Source of the DNA: an uncultured Gammaproteobacteria bacterium | GTDB taxonomy: Bacteria; Patescibacteriota; Microgenomatia; UBA12405; JAHJSD01 | NCBI GenBank assembly: GCA_964428655.1 | Contig: CAYRYE010000002.1 | Coordinates: forward strand, 103,472-167,471 | DNA length: 64,000 nt | Direction: 5' to 3' | In this document: positions 1 through 9,842 of the stretch, in pieces | Position numbering within the stretch: the stretch's first letter is position 1 | How the letters are laid out: the number at the start of each line of letters is the position of its first letter | Notes under the pieces: model-generated | Told to the model about the DNA's origin: nothing | What the model saw: only the letters and a program-made list of their open reading frames with translations | The model's database searches: none | Made by a program: the position numbers and the translations under genes

Positions 1-819
1 TCTTGGTCCAGCTGGCGAAAACCCAAAATTCCTTAGGTGTCAATAGTGTTCTGTCTCACACCACGGCTGGAACTTATCTCAAGTAACGGGAAATTGGAGG
101 TCTGAGAATTAGAGGAAGATCAATTTCATATACATCCGCTCGCCCAAATTTCGATTTCCACGTTGATCCTTTTCCGTCATAAGCCAGATAGCCTCCACTA
201 CGAATTCGCCTTGTTCTTACAAGCCTTATTCCTGGCCTAGCAAAAGATAACGGTTTGTCCCTCGCGCTTCCTCTTCTTTCTCTCTCTGCTTGTCTTCTGG
301 TCCTTACTCTTCGCAAAACCTCTACTGCACTACTAGTCATATCTACCTCCCCCGACCTCTAGAAGGTCCGAACACACGACCACGGTGTCCTCTAGCGCTA
401 TATCTTCTATATATTGGTATTTTCCGCCACCTTAACTCTACTTTCCTCTCTTCTACTACTTCCCTCTTTGTGGGTACACTTTTAGCCCTCAACACATTCC
501 CCACTATATCTGGTGACCTTCTTACTCCGTCAATAATAACGCTTTTTCTAATCATTGATCTCTTTTCACTCCTCTCCTTCCGCCTCTAGTAACCGGTCGA
601 TAAGACCCTTCTCCCCTTCTGGGCGGCCTCTGTTCTCTTACCGTCTGCCTCGGAAGTTGAAAGCCTCTTCGCGACAATATGGGGCAACTATCAGCCGTGC
701 CGCATGTATGGCATCTATTTCCCACCCCTTTACATTCCGCCAATTTAATCACCTTCCCTTACTAAACTAACCTCTAACATTACAAATTTATAAAGATTTG
801 AGAAAGATGATAGCATATA
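1..819. other. ORF-poor, strand-asymmetric (C/T-rich on + strand) region downstream of proS; candidate ncRNA or degraded gene, extends beyond window edge
   Basis: Only short abutting ORFs in three different frames on the minus strand (Arg/Gly-rich low-complexity translations); + strand strongly pyrimidine-rich; GC higher than typical intergenic DNA here; no 16S/23S terminal signatures found. Confidence 0.3.
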
Positions 820-2505
820 TTATGGGGTTTTGGCAAGTTGCAAATCCCTGCTCCTTTTTTCTTTTCTGTTTTTGACTTCTACCAATTTCTCCCCAACTAC
901 TCTTTTGCTCACCACTAATCGCCAGGGAACGCCGATTAAATCAGCGTCTTTGAACTTTTCTCCCGGCGAAGCATCCTCACGATCGTCAAATAAAACCTCC
1001 TCGCCTTTATTAACTAAATATTGATAAACTTTTTCTGCCCAAGCTTTGACTTTTTTGTTATGTAAATCTAAACCCACCAAATGGTATTTATAAGGCGCTA
1101 CTGCCTCAGGCCAGATAATACCGTTTTTATCGTAGTGGGTTTCAACAATTGTTGCCATTGAGCGGCCAATGCCAATGCCGTAAGACCCCATCCACATTGG
1201 TTTTCGCCTGCCTTTTTTATCAGTAAAATATCCTTTTTGAGGCTTGGTGTAAAAATGATCAATTTTAAAACAATGGCCCCATTCAATTGCTTTTTTGGCT
1301 TTTAACTTCCCCTTCTTGCACTCAGAACAAATGTCGTTTTCTTTAGCATTAACAATGTCAGCCAAAATTTTGTATTTAAAATCGCGGCCATAATTAACAT
1401 TAATTGAATCAGTTTTATCCTCTTTTTGGCCGCCAACATAATTACTTACCATTGGCAAACCAAGATCGCCAATAAAAGTCACTCCTTTGATTCCCCAAGA
1501 ATGAACATAGCCCGGCTTAGTGCCGATTTTGGCTAAATCTTTCTCTGTTGCCGGCTCCATCTTCTCAACCTCTAAAACCCGCTTTAATTTAATTTCATTA
1601 ACTTCTTGATCGCCTCGAACAGAGGCAATAATAATCCTGCCTTTTTCATCTTTGTAAACAACATTTTTTAAATACCGCCATAAAGGCCCACCATAATGTT
1701 TGATATTGTCTTCCATAGTGCAAACCCACTTTGGCTGATCAATAATTTTGAACTTCTTTTCTTTCTCCTCTGAATTAATGGGCATTCTTTCAAACGTAGC
1801 TTTTTCAATATTAGCGGCATAACCGCACTTGCTGCAGACAAAAAAAGTATTATCACCCACTGAAGCTTCCACCATAAATTCGTGAGACAAACTACCTCCA
1901 ATCGCCCCTGAATCAGCCAAAACTGGAGTCACTTTTAAACCAAGCTTTTTGGCAATTTTCAAGTAGGCGTTGTAAAATCTCTGGTAACTCTCCATAAATT
2001 GTTTTTCATCAGCACAAAAGTTGTAAGCATCTTTCATCATGAACTCTCTAACCCGAAGCAAACCCCCTCGAGGCCGTTTATCATCTCTAAATTTTTGGGA
2101 AAACTGATAAATTTCAATTGGTAAATCTTTGTAAGAAGGCGAAAACATCTTAACCAATTCAACCATCATTCCCTCAGCTGTCGCGCCAATCGCGAAAGTT
2201 GAACCATGATGATCGTCAACAATCATCATTTCTTCGCCAAAGGCTTGATCTCTGTTAGTTGCCTGCCAAATTTCAATGGAATGCAAAGTGGGAACAATCA
2301 GTTTTTGGCAACCGATAGCCTCCATTTCTTCTTCAATAATCTGATAAATCTTTAACCAAACGCGCATTCCTAGGGGTAAAAAGCCCCAACGACCGGTAGA
2401 AAAGCGGCGAATAAAGCCTCCCTGCCAAAGAAGTTTATGACCAGTCATTACTGCATCTGAAGGAACAGTTTTAATTGTCTTGCCAAACAGCTTTGAATAA
2501 CGCAT
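820..2505 (-). CDS. proS: prolyl-tRNA synthetase (bacterial type, class II)
   Basis: 561 aa; N-terminal MRYSKLFGKT...SDA..GHKLL ProRS signature, class II motifs (FRDE-like RVREFMMKDAYNF), C-terminal anticodon-binding region. Confidence 0.9.
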   Translation of the reverse strand: MRYSKLFGKTIKTVPSDAVMTGHKLLWQGGFIRRFSTGRWGFLPLGMRVWLKIYQIIEEEMEAIGCQKLIVPTLHSIEIWQATNRDQAFGEEMMIVDDHHGSTFAIGATAEGMMVELVKMFSPSYKDLPIEIYQFSQKFRDDKRPRGGLLRVREFMMKDAYNFCADEKQFMESYQRFYNAYLKIAKKLGLKVTPVLADSGAIGGSLSHEFMVEASVGDNTFFVCSKCGYAANIEKATFERMPINSEEKEKKFKIIDQPKWVCTMEDNIKHYGGPLWRYLKNVVYKDEKGRIIIASVRGDQEVNEIKLKRVLEVEKMEPATEKDLAKIGTKPGYVHSWGIKGVTFIGDLGLPMVSNYVGGQKEDKTDSINVNYGRDFKYKILADIVNAKENDICSECKKGKLKAKKAIEWGHCFKIDHFYTKPQKGYFTDKKGRRKPMWMGSYGIGIGRSMATIVETHYDKNGIIWPEAVAPYKYHLVGLDLHNKKVKAWAEKVYQYLVNKGEEVLFDDREDASPGEKFKDADLIGVPWRLVVSKRVVGEKLVEVKNRKEKRSRDLQLAKTP

Positions 2506-2517
2506 GGAATTATTATA

Positions 2518-4098
2518 TCAAACCTTATTCTTCATCTCTAATTCTTTAAATTCCCCCCGGTATCTTTCTATTATCTCTTTGGCGATCGGGGCGGCAACAT
2601 AAGAACCGGAGCCGCCGCGCTCAACTAAAACGGTAATTACTACTTCTGGATTATCGCTTGGGTAGAACAGAGTAAACCAGGCATGGGCATCATCAGTGCC
2701 GTCTCCCACCTCGGCGGTGCCTGTCTTACAAGCTACGCGAGGTTTAAAATCAAAAAAGGGAAAGCCTGTTCCACCGGAAGAACAGGCTTCAATCATGCCC
2801 TGTTTAATTAATTCTAAATGCTTTTGTTGAATATTTAGATCGCGGCAATTATCTACTACTGTTAAGTGTGGCTGACAGAGTTTGCCGCCATTAGCAATTA
2901 CTGCTGTTACCGCTGCTATTTGAAGCGGCGTTGTCGTCAAATCGCCCTGGCCAATGGCCAAATGATAAGTATTGCCCAAAAACCAGCGTTCACCCTTTAC
3001 TTCTTCCTTCCATTCTGGCGACGGCAAGAAGCCATTAATCTCCCCAGGCAAATCAATCCCTGTTGGCTCACCCAAGCCAAACCTCCCGGCCCAATCTAGC
3101 AGTCCTTGGGCTCCCAGCCATTCACCCACTTTGTAGAAATAAATATCATTTGATCTCTTAATTGCCCTAATTAAACTCACCATCCCTTCGGTTTGACCAT
3201 ACTGAAGCCAATACCAATTGCCAAACCGCCACTCACCAATTCTTATTTCACCCACATCTTCAACCTCTTTGTCAGCATCAATCTTGCCCTCTTCCAACCC
3301 TGCGGCAGCGGTTATCATTTTAAAGACAGATCCTGGATGATAAGCACCACCAATGGCCCGATTCAACAAGGGCAAATCGCCATCATTTAGTAATTGCCCT
3401 ATCTTCCCCTCATCTCTTCCCTTAGTGAAAATATTAGGATCAAAAGAGGGAGAAGAAACTAGAGCCAAAACTTCTCCATTTTGAGAATTTAAAACTACTA
3501 TCGCCCCTTTTTTGTTTTCAAACGCTTGCCAAGCCGCCTTCTGCCATCTTAAGTCAAGAGTGGTTAATAAATCCCCCCCTGACTGAGATTCCCTTCTCCC
3601 TAACTCCCTAACTGTTTCACCAATGGCAGTAACCTCAACTAATTTCTCTCCTGGTTTGCCCCTCAAGAGCTCATCATAAAACTGTTCTACTCCTCCTCTC
3701 CCTACTAGATCTCCCGATTGTATCCCCTCATTAGCGCTAACCTCCTCTTTTGTTGCTTCTCCTAAATAGCCGCTTAAATGAGCCGTGATTTTGCCCTCTG
3801 GATATTCTCTTAACCAAACCTTTTCTAATTCCTCCCCTTTTGCTTCTAAGCGCAAAGCTTCGCCTCTTTCAACTACTTCACCTTGACTGTCAAAATATCT
3901 AATAGAGTTTCTGACTAATTCTTTGTGGTTTTTATCCGAAATTCGCCCTCTGGGTGCCGGAATTCTAACTCTTTTTATTCTATTGCCTTCGGCGAGCTGG
4001 CGAAAGTAGGCGCCGCGAATGAGCATTAAGTCTGCCGCTCGGGTTAAGAAGAGACCAAAAATAAGAAACAAAAGCCAGTGGAAAAACTTAATAATCAT
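2518..4098 (-). CDS. mrdA: penicillin-binding protein 2 family transpeptidase
   Basis: 526 aa; N-terminal TM helix, SVFK (SxxK) active-site motif, PBP dimerisation plus transpeptidase architecture; immediately downstream of mreBC. Confidence 0.8.
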   Translation of the reverse strand: MIIKFFHWLLFLIFGLFLTRAADLMLIRGAYFRQLAEGNRIKRVRIPAPRGRISDKNHKELVRNSIRYFDSQGEVVERGEALRLEAKGEELEKVWLREYPEGKITAHLSGYLGEATKEEVSANEGIQSGDLVGRGGVEQFYDELLRGKPGEKLVEVTAIGETVRELGRRESQSGGDLLTTLDLRWQKAAWQAFENKKGAIVVLNSQNGEVLALVSSPSFDPNIFTKGRDEGKIGQLLNDGDLPLLNRAIGGAYHPGSVFKMITAAAGLEEGKIDADKEVEDVGEIRIGEWRFGNWYWLQYGQTEGMVSLIRAIKRSNDIYFYKVGEWLGAQGLLDWAGRFGLGEPTGIDLPGEINGFLPSPEWKEEVKGERWFLGNTYHLAIGQGDLTTTPLQIAAVTAVIANGGKLCQPHLTVVDNCRDLNIQQKHLELIKQGMIEACSSGGTGFPFFDFKPRVACKTGTAEVGDGTDDAHAWFTLFYPSDNPEVVITVLVERGGSGSYVAAPIAKEIIERYRGEFKELEMKNKV

Positions 4099-4105
4099 AT
4101 AAGTT

Positions 4106-4864
4106 TTATTTTATGATTCCTACCGTCAATAACTTCTTTGGGTCAATCAGCCACTTTACTTTAGCCTCTTGAAAAACTTTATCTTCAGAAGGAAAAATCT
4201 CAGTAATTTCACCAATAAGAAAAACTTCACCAGTTTCTATCAAAGCGCCAACTAAATCACTGACTCTAATTTTATCACTAGCCAAAATCTCTTTTATCCG
4301 CAAATTGTGGCCATCGCCAACCAATATCCCTTCAGCTACAGTTGGACTATTTTTTTTAGCTTCCGCTTCATTCAACCAAATCTTAACTGGAATCTTTATT
4401 CCTGAAGAATTCAACAAGCCAATTCTCGCTCCCTGGCCAGAAATTCTCTGGACTTTCCCAACGAGAACCCTGCCGCTGACTACTGAAGCTCCTTCTTTAA
4501 ACTCCTCTTGGCTAGTGAGAGAAGCCAAAATTTCTCTATCGCTTCCTCCAACCAGCTTGGCTAAAATAACTCTTGTTTTCGGCTTAATGCCCGCGTCAAG
4601 CAATCTCCTCGCCTGGCTATTTTCTTCCCTGAGTTCTAAAACCTCTCCTTGACAAGAAATCAATTGCCTCTCTAAATGTTCTAATTCTTCTACTGGACCA
4701 ATGATTTTTTGATAAACCTTTTCTCTGGAAGCCCCCAACAACTGACCAACTCCATTTTTGAACGGATTTAAAAAACCCAAGCTATCTAGGCCCCAAAAAA
4801 ACAAACCCAAAGCTAAAATTAACCACCAATTTTTAAACCTAAAATCCAATTTTGACTTTCCCAT
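4106..4864 (-). CDS. mreC: rod shape-determining protein MreC
   Basis: 252 aa; N-terminal TM, coiled-coil then beta-rich domain; position between mreB and PBP2. Confidence 0.7.
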   Translation of the reverse strand: MGKSKLDFRFKNWWLILALGLFFWGLDSLGFLNPFKNGVGQLLGASREKVYQKIIGPVEELEHLERQLISCQGEVLELREENSQARRLLDAGIKPKTRVILAKLVGGSDREILASLTSQEEFKEGASVVSGRVLVGKVQRISGQGARIGLLNSSGIKIPVKIWLNEAEAKKNSPTVAEGILVGDGHNLRIKEILASDKIRVSDLVGALIETGEVFLIGEITEIFPSEDKVFQEAKVKWLIDPKKLLTVGIIK

Positions 4865-4869
4865 TTTAA

Positions 4870-5928
4870 TTAATCTAGGCCTCCGACTATTTTTATTCCC
4901 CTAAGCAATTTCTCATTCTCCAGCAGTTTCAAACAGCCATAGACAACACTAGCTAATGGATTTTTTGCTGTCCAAACCGGCATTTTAGTACTTTGGCCAA
5001 CCATTTTTTCCATCCCCAACAATTGAGAACAGCCTCCGCTTAAAACAATACCTCGCTTTGAAATATCAGCGGTTAACTCTGGCGGCGTTTCTTCTAAAAG
5101 CTCATTAACTTGAGAAAGAATTTCCTGAATAATCGGCGAAAGCGCCTCTCTTACCTCTTCCTCGCTAATTTCAACGCTCTTGGGCAGCCCTGTTTCTAAA
5201 TCTCGACCTTTAACCAACTCGCTTCTCGATTCATGTTCGCCATTCTGGGGCATAACGCTGCCAATTTCAATTTTCAATTTTTCGGCAGTCGGCAAACCAA
5301 TAAGCACTCCGTACTTTAAACGGAGAAAATTAAGAATGGCTTCATCCATTTCCCGACCAGCGAGCTTAAGACAACGGCTCAAAACAACTCCCCCCAAAGA
5401 GATAACAGCAATTTCTGTGGTTCCCCCGCCAATATCAATCAGTAAATTTCCGGCTGCTTTTTCAATTGTTAAGTCAACGCCAATCGCAGTCGCCATCGGC
5501 TCTTCAACAAGAAAAACTTTACCCACTCCCGCGCTTAAAGCAACTGACTTAACCGCTCTTTTTTCTACCTCTGTTATTCCTGAAGGAACACCAATTACTA
5601 CCCTAGGTTTCAAAAAGCGAGGAAAGCGAGAGGGCAACTCATTAATTGAACTAACTAGGTGATCCAAAAAGGCAACTGTAGCGTCAAAATCAGCGATCGC
5701 CCCATCTAGTAATGGTTCAACTATCTCTATCTCTCGAGGTTCTTTGCCCACCATCTGTTTCACTTTGTTACCAAAAAACAAAACCTTCCCTGGCTTACCC
5801 AGCTTCTTCTTCTGCCTGGCAACTAGAGTCGGTTCTTCAAAAATAATCCCTTTGCCGGGAACGCCGGCCAAAGTATTAGAAGTTCCTAAATCAATACCAA
5901 TGGACAAATTTAAATTGTTTAATAACAT
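4870..5928 (-). CDS. mreB: rod shape-determining actin homolog MreB
   Basis: 352 aa; IGIDLGTSNT phosphate-1 motif, actin/Hsp70 fold signatures throughout. Confidence 0.9.
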   Translation of the reverse strand: MLLNNLNLSIGIDLGTSNTLAGVPGKGIIFEEPTLVARQKKKLGKPGKVLFFGNKVKQMVGKEPREIEIVEPLLDGAIADFDATVAFLDHLVSSINELPSRFPRFLKPRVVIGVPSGITEVEKRAVKSVALSAGVGKVFLVEEPMATAIGVDLTIEKAAGNLLIDIGGGTTEIAVISLGGVVLSRCLKLAGREMDEAILNFLRLKYGVLIGLPTAEKLKIEIGSVMPQNGEHESRSELVKGRDLETGLPKSVEISEEEVREALSPIIQEILSQVNELLEETPPELTADISKRGIVLSGGCSQLLGMEKMVGQSTKMPVWTAKNPLASVVYGCLKLLENEKLLRGIKIVGGLD

Positions 5929-5999
5929 ATGTCTTAAAAACTCTAAATCCTAAGCTAGAAATTAGAGTTTATCCTTATTTTATATGATAAACTCTCTTA

Positions 6000-7880
6000 A
6001 TGAAACTTTGGGATAAAATAATCTTTTGGACCTACGCCGTCCTCTTCTTTTTGGTTCCCCTGATTCTAAGTCCTTGGAACTACGAGCTTTTTGAGTTTAA
6101 CAAAATGCTGGTTGTTTATTTGGCAGCCGTGGTTATCGGCTGGGCCTGGGTTTGCAAAATGATCACTTGCCGAAAATTCATTTTTCGCTACAGCTTTTGG
6201 GATCTTCCCTTGCTTTTATTTCTAACTTCACAAATAATTTCCACCGTTATCTCCATCGACCGATACACTAGCATTTTTGGCTATTACTCCCGATTCCACG
6301 GTGGGCTGTTATCAACAATCAGCTACCTTTTGCTCTACTGGGGATTGGTGAGCAATCTCGATAAAAAAAAAGCAAGCAGGTTGATTAAAGTTATTCTGAT
6401 TTCCGGTTTATTGGTTTCTCTTTACGGCATCGCTGAGCATTTTGGTATTGATAAAAATCTTTGGGTCCAAGATGTTCAGAACCGGGTTTTTTCAACTTTA
6501 GGCCAGCCAAACTGGTTAGCCGCCTATCTAAATATTCTTATTTTTATTGCTTTGGGACTCTTTATCAATTCCTCCACCGCTCACCCCATCTACTATCTAC
6601 TACTATCTACTATCTACTATCTTTGCCTTCTCTACACTAAGTCCCGTTCTGGGTTCCTTGGCTTTATTATTCCCTTTGTTCTTTTTTTAATTATCAATTT
6701 TTTCCTTTCTCTAAAACAAAAAAAAGATAAGGCAAAACTAAAAAAAATCTCATTAATTCTAACCACATTTATAATCCTTTCTCTTTTAATTGGAACTCCC
6801 TTTAGCCCAAGATTAGGGAAAACCAAAATTAGAAAAACTGAAAATGATCAGACTAAAAAAGAGAGTGTCGATATCACCCCCTCATCCGAAATTCGCAAAA
6901 TTGTTTGGAAAGGGGCAATTGATCTGGGGAAAAAATACCCCTTTTTTGGCACCGGTGTAGAAACTTTTGCCTATAGCTACTATTGGGCCAGACCGGCTGA
7001 GCACAATCTTACCTCCGAATGGGATTTTCTTTACAATAAAGCCCACAATGAGTATTTGAATTTTGCCGCTACCACAGGCACGCTTGGCTTGTTAGCCTAT
7101 CTAACCCTAATTGTCTCTGCTTTAATTTTTACGATTAAAAAATTTCCCTCATGTTTTATATTCTATGTTCTAATTTCTATTTGTATCACTAATTTTTTTG
7201 GTTTTTCCGTTGTTGCTGTCGCTGCTTTATTTTTCCTTTTGCCAGCAATGAGTGTATCATTTAAACCCGCTTCTTTGAAAAAATACAAACTCTGTCTAGG
7301 TAAATTAGAGACAAAAAAATTAATCACGGTGGCCACTATTATTGCCGCTTGGGGAATTTTTGAAATTGCCAGTTACTGGCTGGCTGATTATCACTTTAAT
7401 CAAGGGTACAAATTAGAAAAGGCAGGCTTCCTAGATTCAGGCCTAAGCCACCTCAATAAAGCCGTAAGGCTAAATTCCCATGAGTCTAATTTTTACTCTG
7501 AACGAGCTATCATCCTAGCTAAAACCGCCGCCGCCTTAACCCAAAATGATCAATCTACTGCTGCCACTGAATTAGCCCAACCAGCAATTGAGGACTCTCG
7601 AAAAGCTCTTCAACTCTCCCCCTATCATATCAATTTGTATAAAAACCAAGCCAAAGTTTTCTATTATCTCGCTTTTCATGAATTAAAATATCTCCGGGAA
7701 GGTATAAAAACATTGCTAACGGCTGAGAAACTGGCCCTTACTGATCCTAAAATTCCCTATAGTATTGCCGTTATTTATCAAACCCTAGATGAGAATAAAC
7801 TTGCTAAAGAGTATTTTCAAAAAGCTATAGAATTAAAACCGAATTATGAGGCGGCTAAATCAGCTTTGGAGAAAATTTGA
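6000..7880 (+). CDS. O-antigen ligase (Wzy_C)-like polytopic membrane protein with C-terminal TPR repeats
   Basis: 626 aa; about 12 TM helices, conserved Wzy_C-like loop, C-terminal about 180 aa TPR-like helical repeats; contains in-frame 7-nt tandem repeat at 6598-6633. Confidence 0.65.
   Translation: MKLWDKIIFWTYAVLFFLVPLILSPWNYELFEFNKMLVVYLAAVVIGWAWVCKMITCRKFIFRYSFWDLPLLLFLTSQIISTVISIDRYTSIFGYYSRFHGGLLSTISYLLLYWGLVSNLDKKKASRLIKVILISGLLVSLYGIAEHFGIDKNLWVQDVQNRVFSTLGQPNWLAAYLNILIFIALGLFINSSTAHPIYYLLLSTIYYLCLLYTKSRSGFLGFIIPFVLFLIINFFLSLKQKKDKAKLKKISLILTTFIILSLLIGTPFSPRLGKTKIRKTENDQTKKESVDITPSSEIRKIVWKGAIDLGKKYPFFGTGVETFAYSYYWARPAEHNLTSEWDFLYNKAHNEYLNFAATTGTLGLLAYLTLIVSALIFTIKKFPSCFIFYVLISICITNFFGFSVVAVAALFFLLPAMSVSFKPASLKKYKLCLGKLETKKLITVATIIAAWGIFEIASYWLADYHFNQGYKLEKAGFLDSGLSHLNKAVRLNSHESNFYSERAIILAKTAAALTQNDQSTAATELAQPAIEDSRKALQLSPYHINLYKNQAKVFYYLAFHELKYLREGIKTLLTAEKLALTDPKIPYSIAVIYQTLDENKLAKEYFQKAIELKPNYEAAKSALEKI
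6598..6633. repeat. tandem repeat (ctactat-like 7-nt unit, about 5 copies) inside CDS
   Basis: atctactatctactactatctactatctactatc read directly; encodes HPIYYLLLSTIYY segment. Confidence 0.8.
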
Positions 7881-8439
7881 TTAATTTCCCCTTTTCTTCT
7901 TTAAAAAGCTTGCCGTTATCTTTTTTAATATGATCCACAAATAAAACGCCGTTTAAATGATCCAGCTCATGCTGGAAAATGACTGCGCAAAAGTCCTGGA
8001 GTTTTTCTTCTTTCTCAACTAATTTGTTTGTCTTTCCAATAGTCTGATACTTTACTTTTATCTTCAGCCAGCGGCGGACAGCTCCATGAAAATTAGGAAA
8101 TGAAAGGCAGCCCTCCAAAAAATCTTCCTTTTCACCATCACTTTTTAAAATCTGAGGATAAGTTTTCTTTTCACTAAAGGTATCAATAATTCTAGGGTTA
8201 ATATAGAAGCAAATATTATCTTTACAAGAACAGTTGCCATCACGACAACAGTTCACTTTACGCCTAATGGCGAATATCTGACAAACTTGGTTTACTTGAG
8301 GAGCAGCTAGGCCAACACCAATCTTTGATTTAGTCAATTCTTTCTCAAGAAGTTTGACTGTTTTTAAAACATCATTATTAAGAGTGGTAACTTTTTTAGA
8401 CTTTTTCCTTAAAACAGAATTCGGGTAAGTGATAATCAT
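7855..8439 (-). CDS. def: peptide deformylase with Cys-rich insertion
   Basis: 194 aa; motifs GVGLAAPQ, EGCLS, QHELDHL (HExxH); insertion NCCRDGNCSCKDNIC between motifs I and II. Confidence 0.85.
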   Translation of the reverse strand: MIITYPNSVLRKKSKKVTTLNNDVLKTVKLLEKELTKSKIGVGLAAPQVNQVCQIFAIRRKVNCCRDGNCSCKDNICFYINPRIIDTFSEKKTYPQILKSDGEKEDFLEGCLSFPNFHGAVRRWLKIKVKYQTIGKTNKLVEKEEKLQDFCAVIFQHELDHLNGVLFVDHIKKDNGKLFKEEKGKLIKFSPKLI

Positions 8440-8663
8440 TTCTTTTTGGACTTCTTTTTTTCCGGTGCTTTTTTAGTCATTTTCCCGTCTTTTTTAAGTC
8501 TTTTAATGCATCTGGTGCATAATTTCATTGTTTTTTTAATGCCGCCTTGATAGAAGGTTATTTTTTGGACATTGGCGCCAAATTTACGAGACGATCTGTT
8601 CTCAGCGTGAGAAACTCTTCGCCCAATAACATTTTTTTTGCCGCAAATCTGACACTTGGCCAT
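8436..8663 (-). CDS. rpmB: 50S ribosomal protein L28
   Basis: 75 aa; MAKCQICGKK...RVSHAENRSSRKF matches bL28 N-terminus; Lys-rich C-terminal tail. Confidence 0.75.
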   Translation of the reverse strand: MAKCQICGKKNVIGRRVSHAENRSSRKFGANVQKITFYQGGIKKTMKLCTRCIKRLKKDGKMTKKAPEKKKSKKK

Positions 8664-8732
8664 AACTGGTATAATATAACAAACAAATTTTTAATTTACA
8701 ACCTGCCCGGCAAACAGGTTTCGCAATTTCCA

Positions 8733-9314
8733 ATGATAATTTCGATTTTTACCATCTTAATTGCTATCTCAATCCATGAATTTGCTCATGCCTGGGTAGC
8801 TAATCGATTGGGTGATCCTACTGCCAGATTAGAGGGAAGAATGACTCTTAACCCCCTGGCTCATCTTGATCCCATAGGAACTATCGCTCTATTTTTAATC
8901 GGTTTTGGCTGGGGCAAGCCAGTTCCTATTGATCCCTATAACCTCCGCCAGCCTCGACGAGATCAGGCTTTAATTGCCCTTGCCGGCCCAATCACCAATA
9001 TCATTTTCGCCATCCTAATCAGCTTTATTTTTAAACTTTTTCACTTTACCCCTATACTTCATACTTTATACTTCATACTAAAAATTAATCTGGCTTTGGC
9101 TTTCTTTAATCTGCTCCCTCTTCACCCCTTGGACGGGTCTAAAGTGGTTCTGGGGTTTTTACCTTTTGAAACAGCGGAAAAATGGGAAGAGTTTTTAGAA
9201 AGGTACAGTCTACCCATCTTATTGACATCTTTTCTGCCAATATTTTCCGGCAAAACTGCCGTTGGTTTATTTTTATTCCCTCTTATCAATTTTTCCCTTC
9301 AACTTTTGATTTAA
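8733..9314 (+). CDS. site-2 protease (peptidase M50) family small membrane metalloprotease
   Basis: HEFAHA (HExxH) in first TM; internal ATG at 8733 preferred over listed 8547 start because the upstream part overlaps rpmB/def antisense; contains 13-nt tandem repeat at 9053-9080. Confidence 0.6.
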   Translation: MIISIFTILIAISIHEFAHAWVANRLGDPTARLEGRMTLNPLAHLDPIGTIALFLIGFGWGKPVPIDPYNLRQPRRDQALIALAGPITNIIFAILISFIFKLFHFTPILHTLYFILKINLALAFFNLLPLHPLDGSKVVLGFLPFETAEKWEEFLERYSLPILLTSFLPIFSGKTAVGLFLFPLINFSLQLLI

Positions 9315-9559
9315 TTGTTGGTCTTTGATACTATTTGACTGTCTTTGCTTATCTTGACAAGTGTTCCCAAATGAAAATAAAATAAAAGTGTCCCGTTAAA
9401 GAATTGACAATAAGCAAGAGCTTTTCCTCCACACTCGTTAAAAAAGGGAGGGCGCGTCTCCGATATCTTTTGGGTATCAGGGCAGCTCACCCGCCTTTAA
9501 TTTCGAGGAAAATTATTGCCATTGCACTCTTGACGGGACTTTAGTACTCCTGGAAACAT

Positions 9560-9588
9560 TTGCCTGCAACCAGGCTTTCGCATATAAT
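9560..9588 (+). promoter_or_regulatory. sigma70-like promoter for tRNA/rpmG cluster
   Basis: TTGCCT - 17 nt - TATAAT, about 14 nt upstream of first tRNA. Confidence 0.55.
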
Positions 9589-9602
9589 ATTCATATATTT
9601 GG

Positions 9603-9679
9603 GCCACCTTAGCTCAGTTGGTTAGAGCAACGGTTTTGTAAACCGTAGGTCCTCGGTTCGAATCCGAGAGGTGGCTCCA
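9603..9679 (+). tRNA. tRNA-Thr (anticodon TGT), CCA encoded
   Basis: Cloverleaf folded by hand: acceptor GCCACCT/AGGTGGC, D-arm GCTC-AGTTGGTTA-GAGC, anticodon loop TTTGTAA, T-arm CTCGG-TTCGAAT-CCGAG. Confidence 0.8.
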
Positions 9680-9751
9680 GCGCCCGTAGCTTAACGGACA
9701 GAGTGCTGGTTTGCGGAACCAGTGACGGGGGTTCGATTCCCCCCGGGCGCA
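9680..9751 (+). tRNA. tRNA-Arg (anticodon GCG as read), no CCA encoded
   Basis: Acceptor GCGCCCG/CGGGCGC, anticodon stem CTGGT/ACCAG with loop TTGCGGA, T-arm GGGGG-TTCGATT-CCCCC; GCG anticodon is uncommon, identity moderately confident. Confidence 0.6.
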
Positions 9752-9755
9752 CAAA

Positions 9756-9841
9756 GGAGGAGTCGGATAGCGGTCAATTCCACACGCTTGGAAAGCGTGA
9801 GCCTTTGGGCTACAGGGGTTCGAATCCCCTCTCCTCCGCCA
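9756..9841 (+). tRNA. tRNA-Ser (anticodon GGA), type II with long variable arm, CCA encoded
   Basis: Acceptor GGAGGAG/CTCCTCC, anticodon loop CTTGGAA, variable arm AGCC-TTTG-GGCT, T-arm AGGGG-TTCGAAT-CCCCT. Confidence 0.75.
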
Positions 9842-9842
9842 A

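Noticed and set aside
1-819. rRNA (16S or 23S) fragment hypothesis for the ORF-free block
   Set aside because: Looked for reverse-complemented 16S 5'/3' ends and 23S 5' end consensus; nothing matches, so I only flag it as an unassigned candidate ncRNA.
5180-5662. Antisense ORFs inside long genes (e.g. 5180-5662 in mreB, 24767-25195 in murE-like, 55898-56482 in murF, 31478-31837 opposite pth)
   Set aside because: Low-complexity translations on the opposite strand of well-supported genes; typical shadow ORFs.
8547-8732. Upstream 62 codons of the listed 8547-9314 ORF
   Set aside because: Overlaps rpmB/def on the opposite strand and has no homology; the M50 protease most plausibly starts at ATG 8733.
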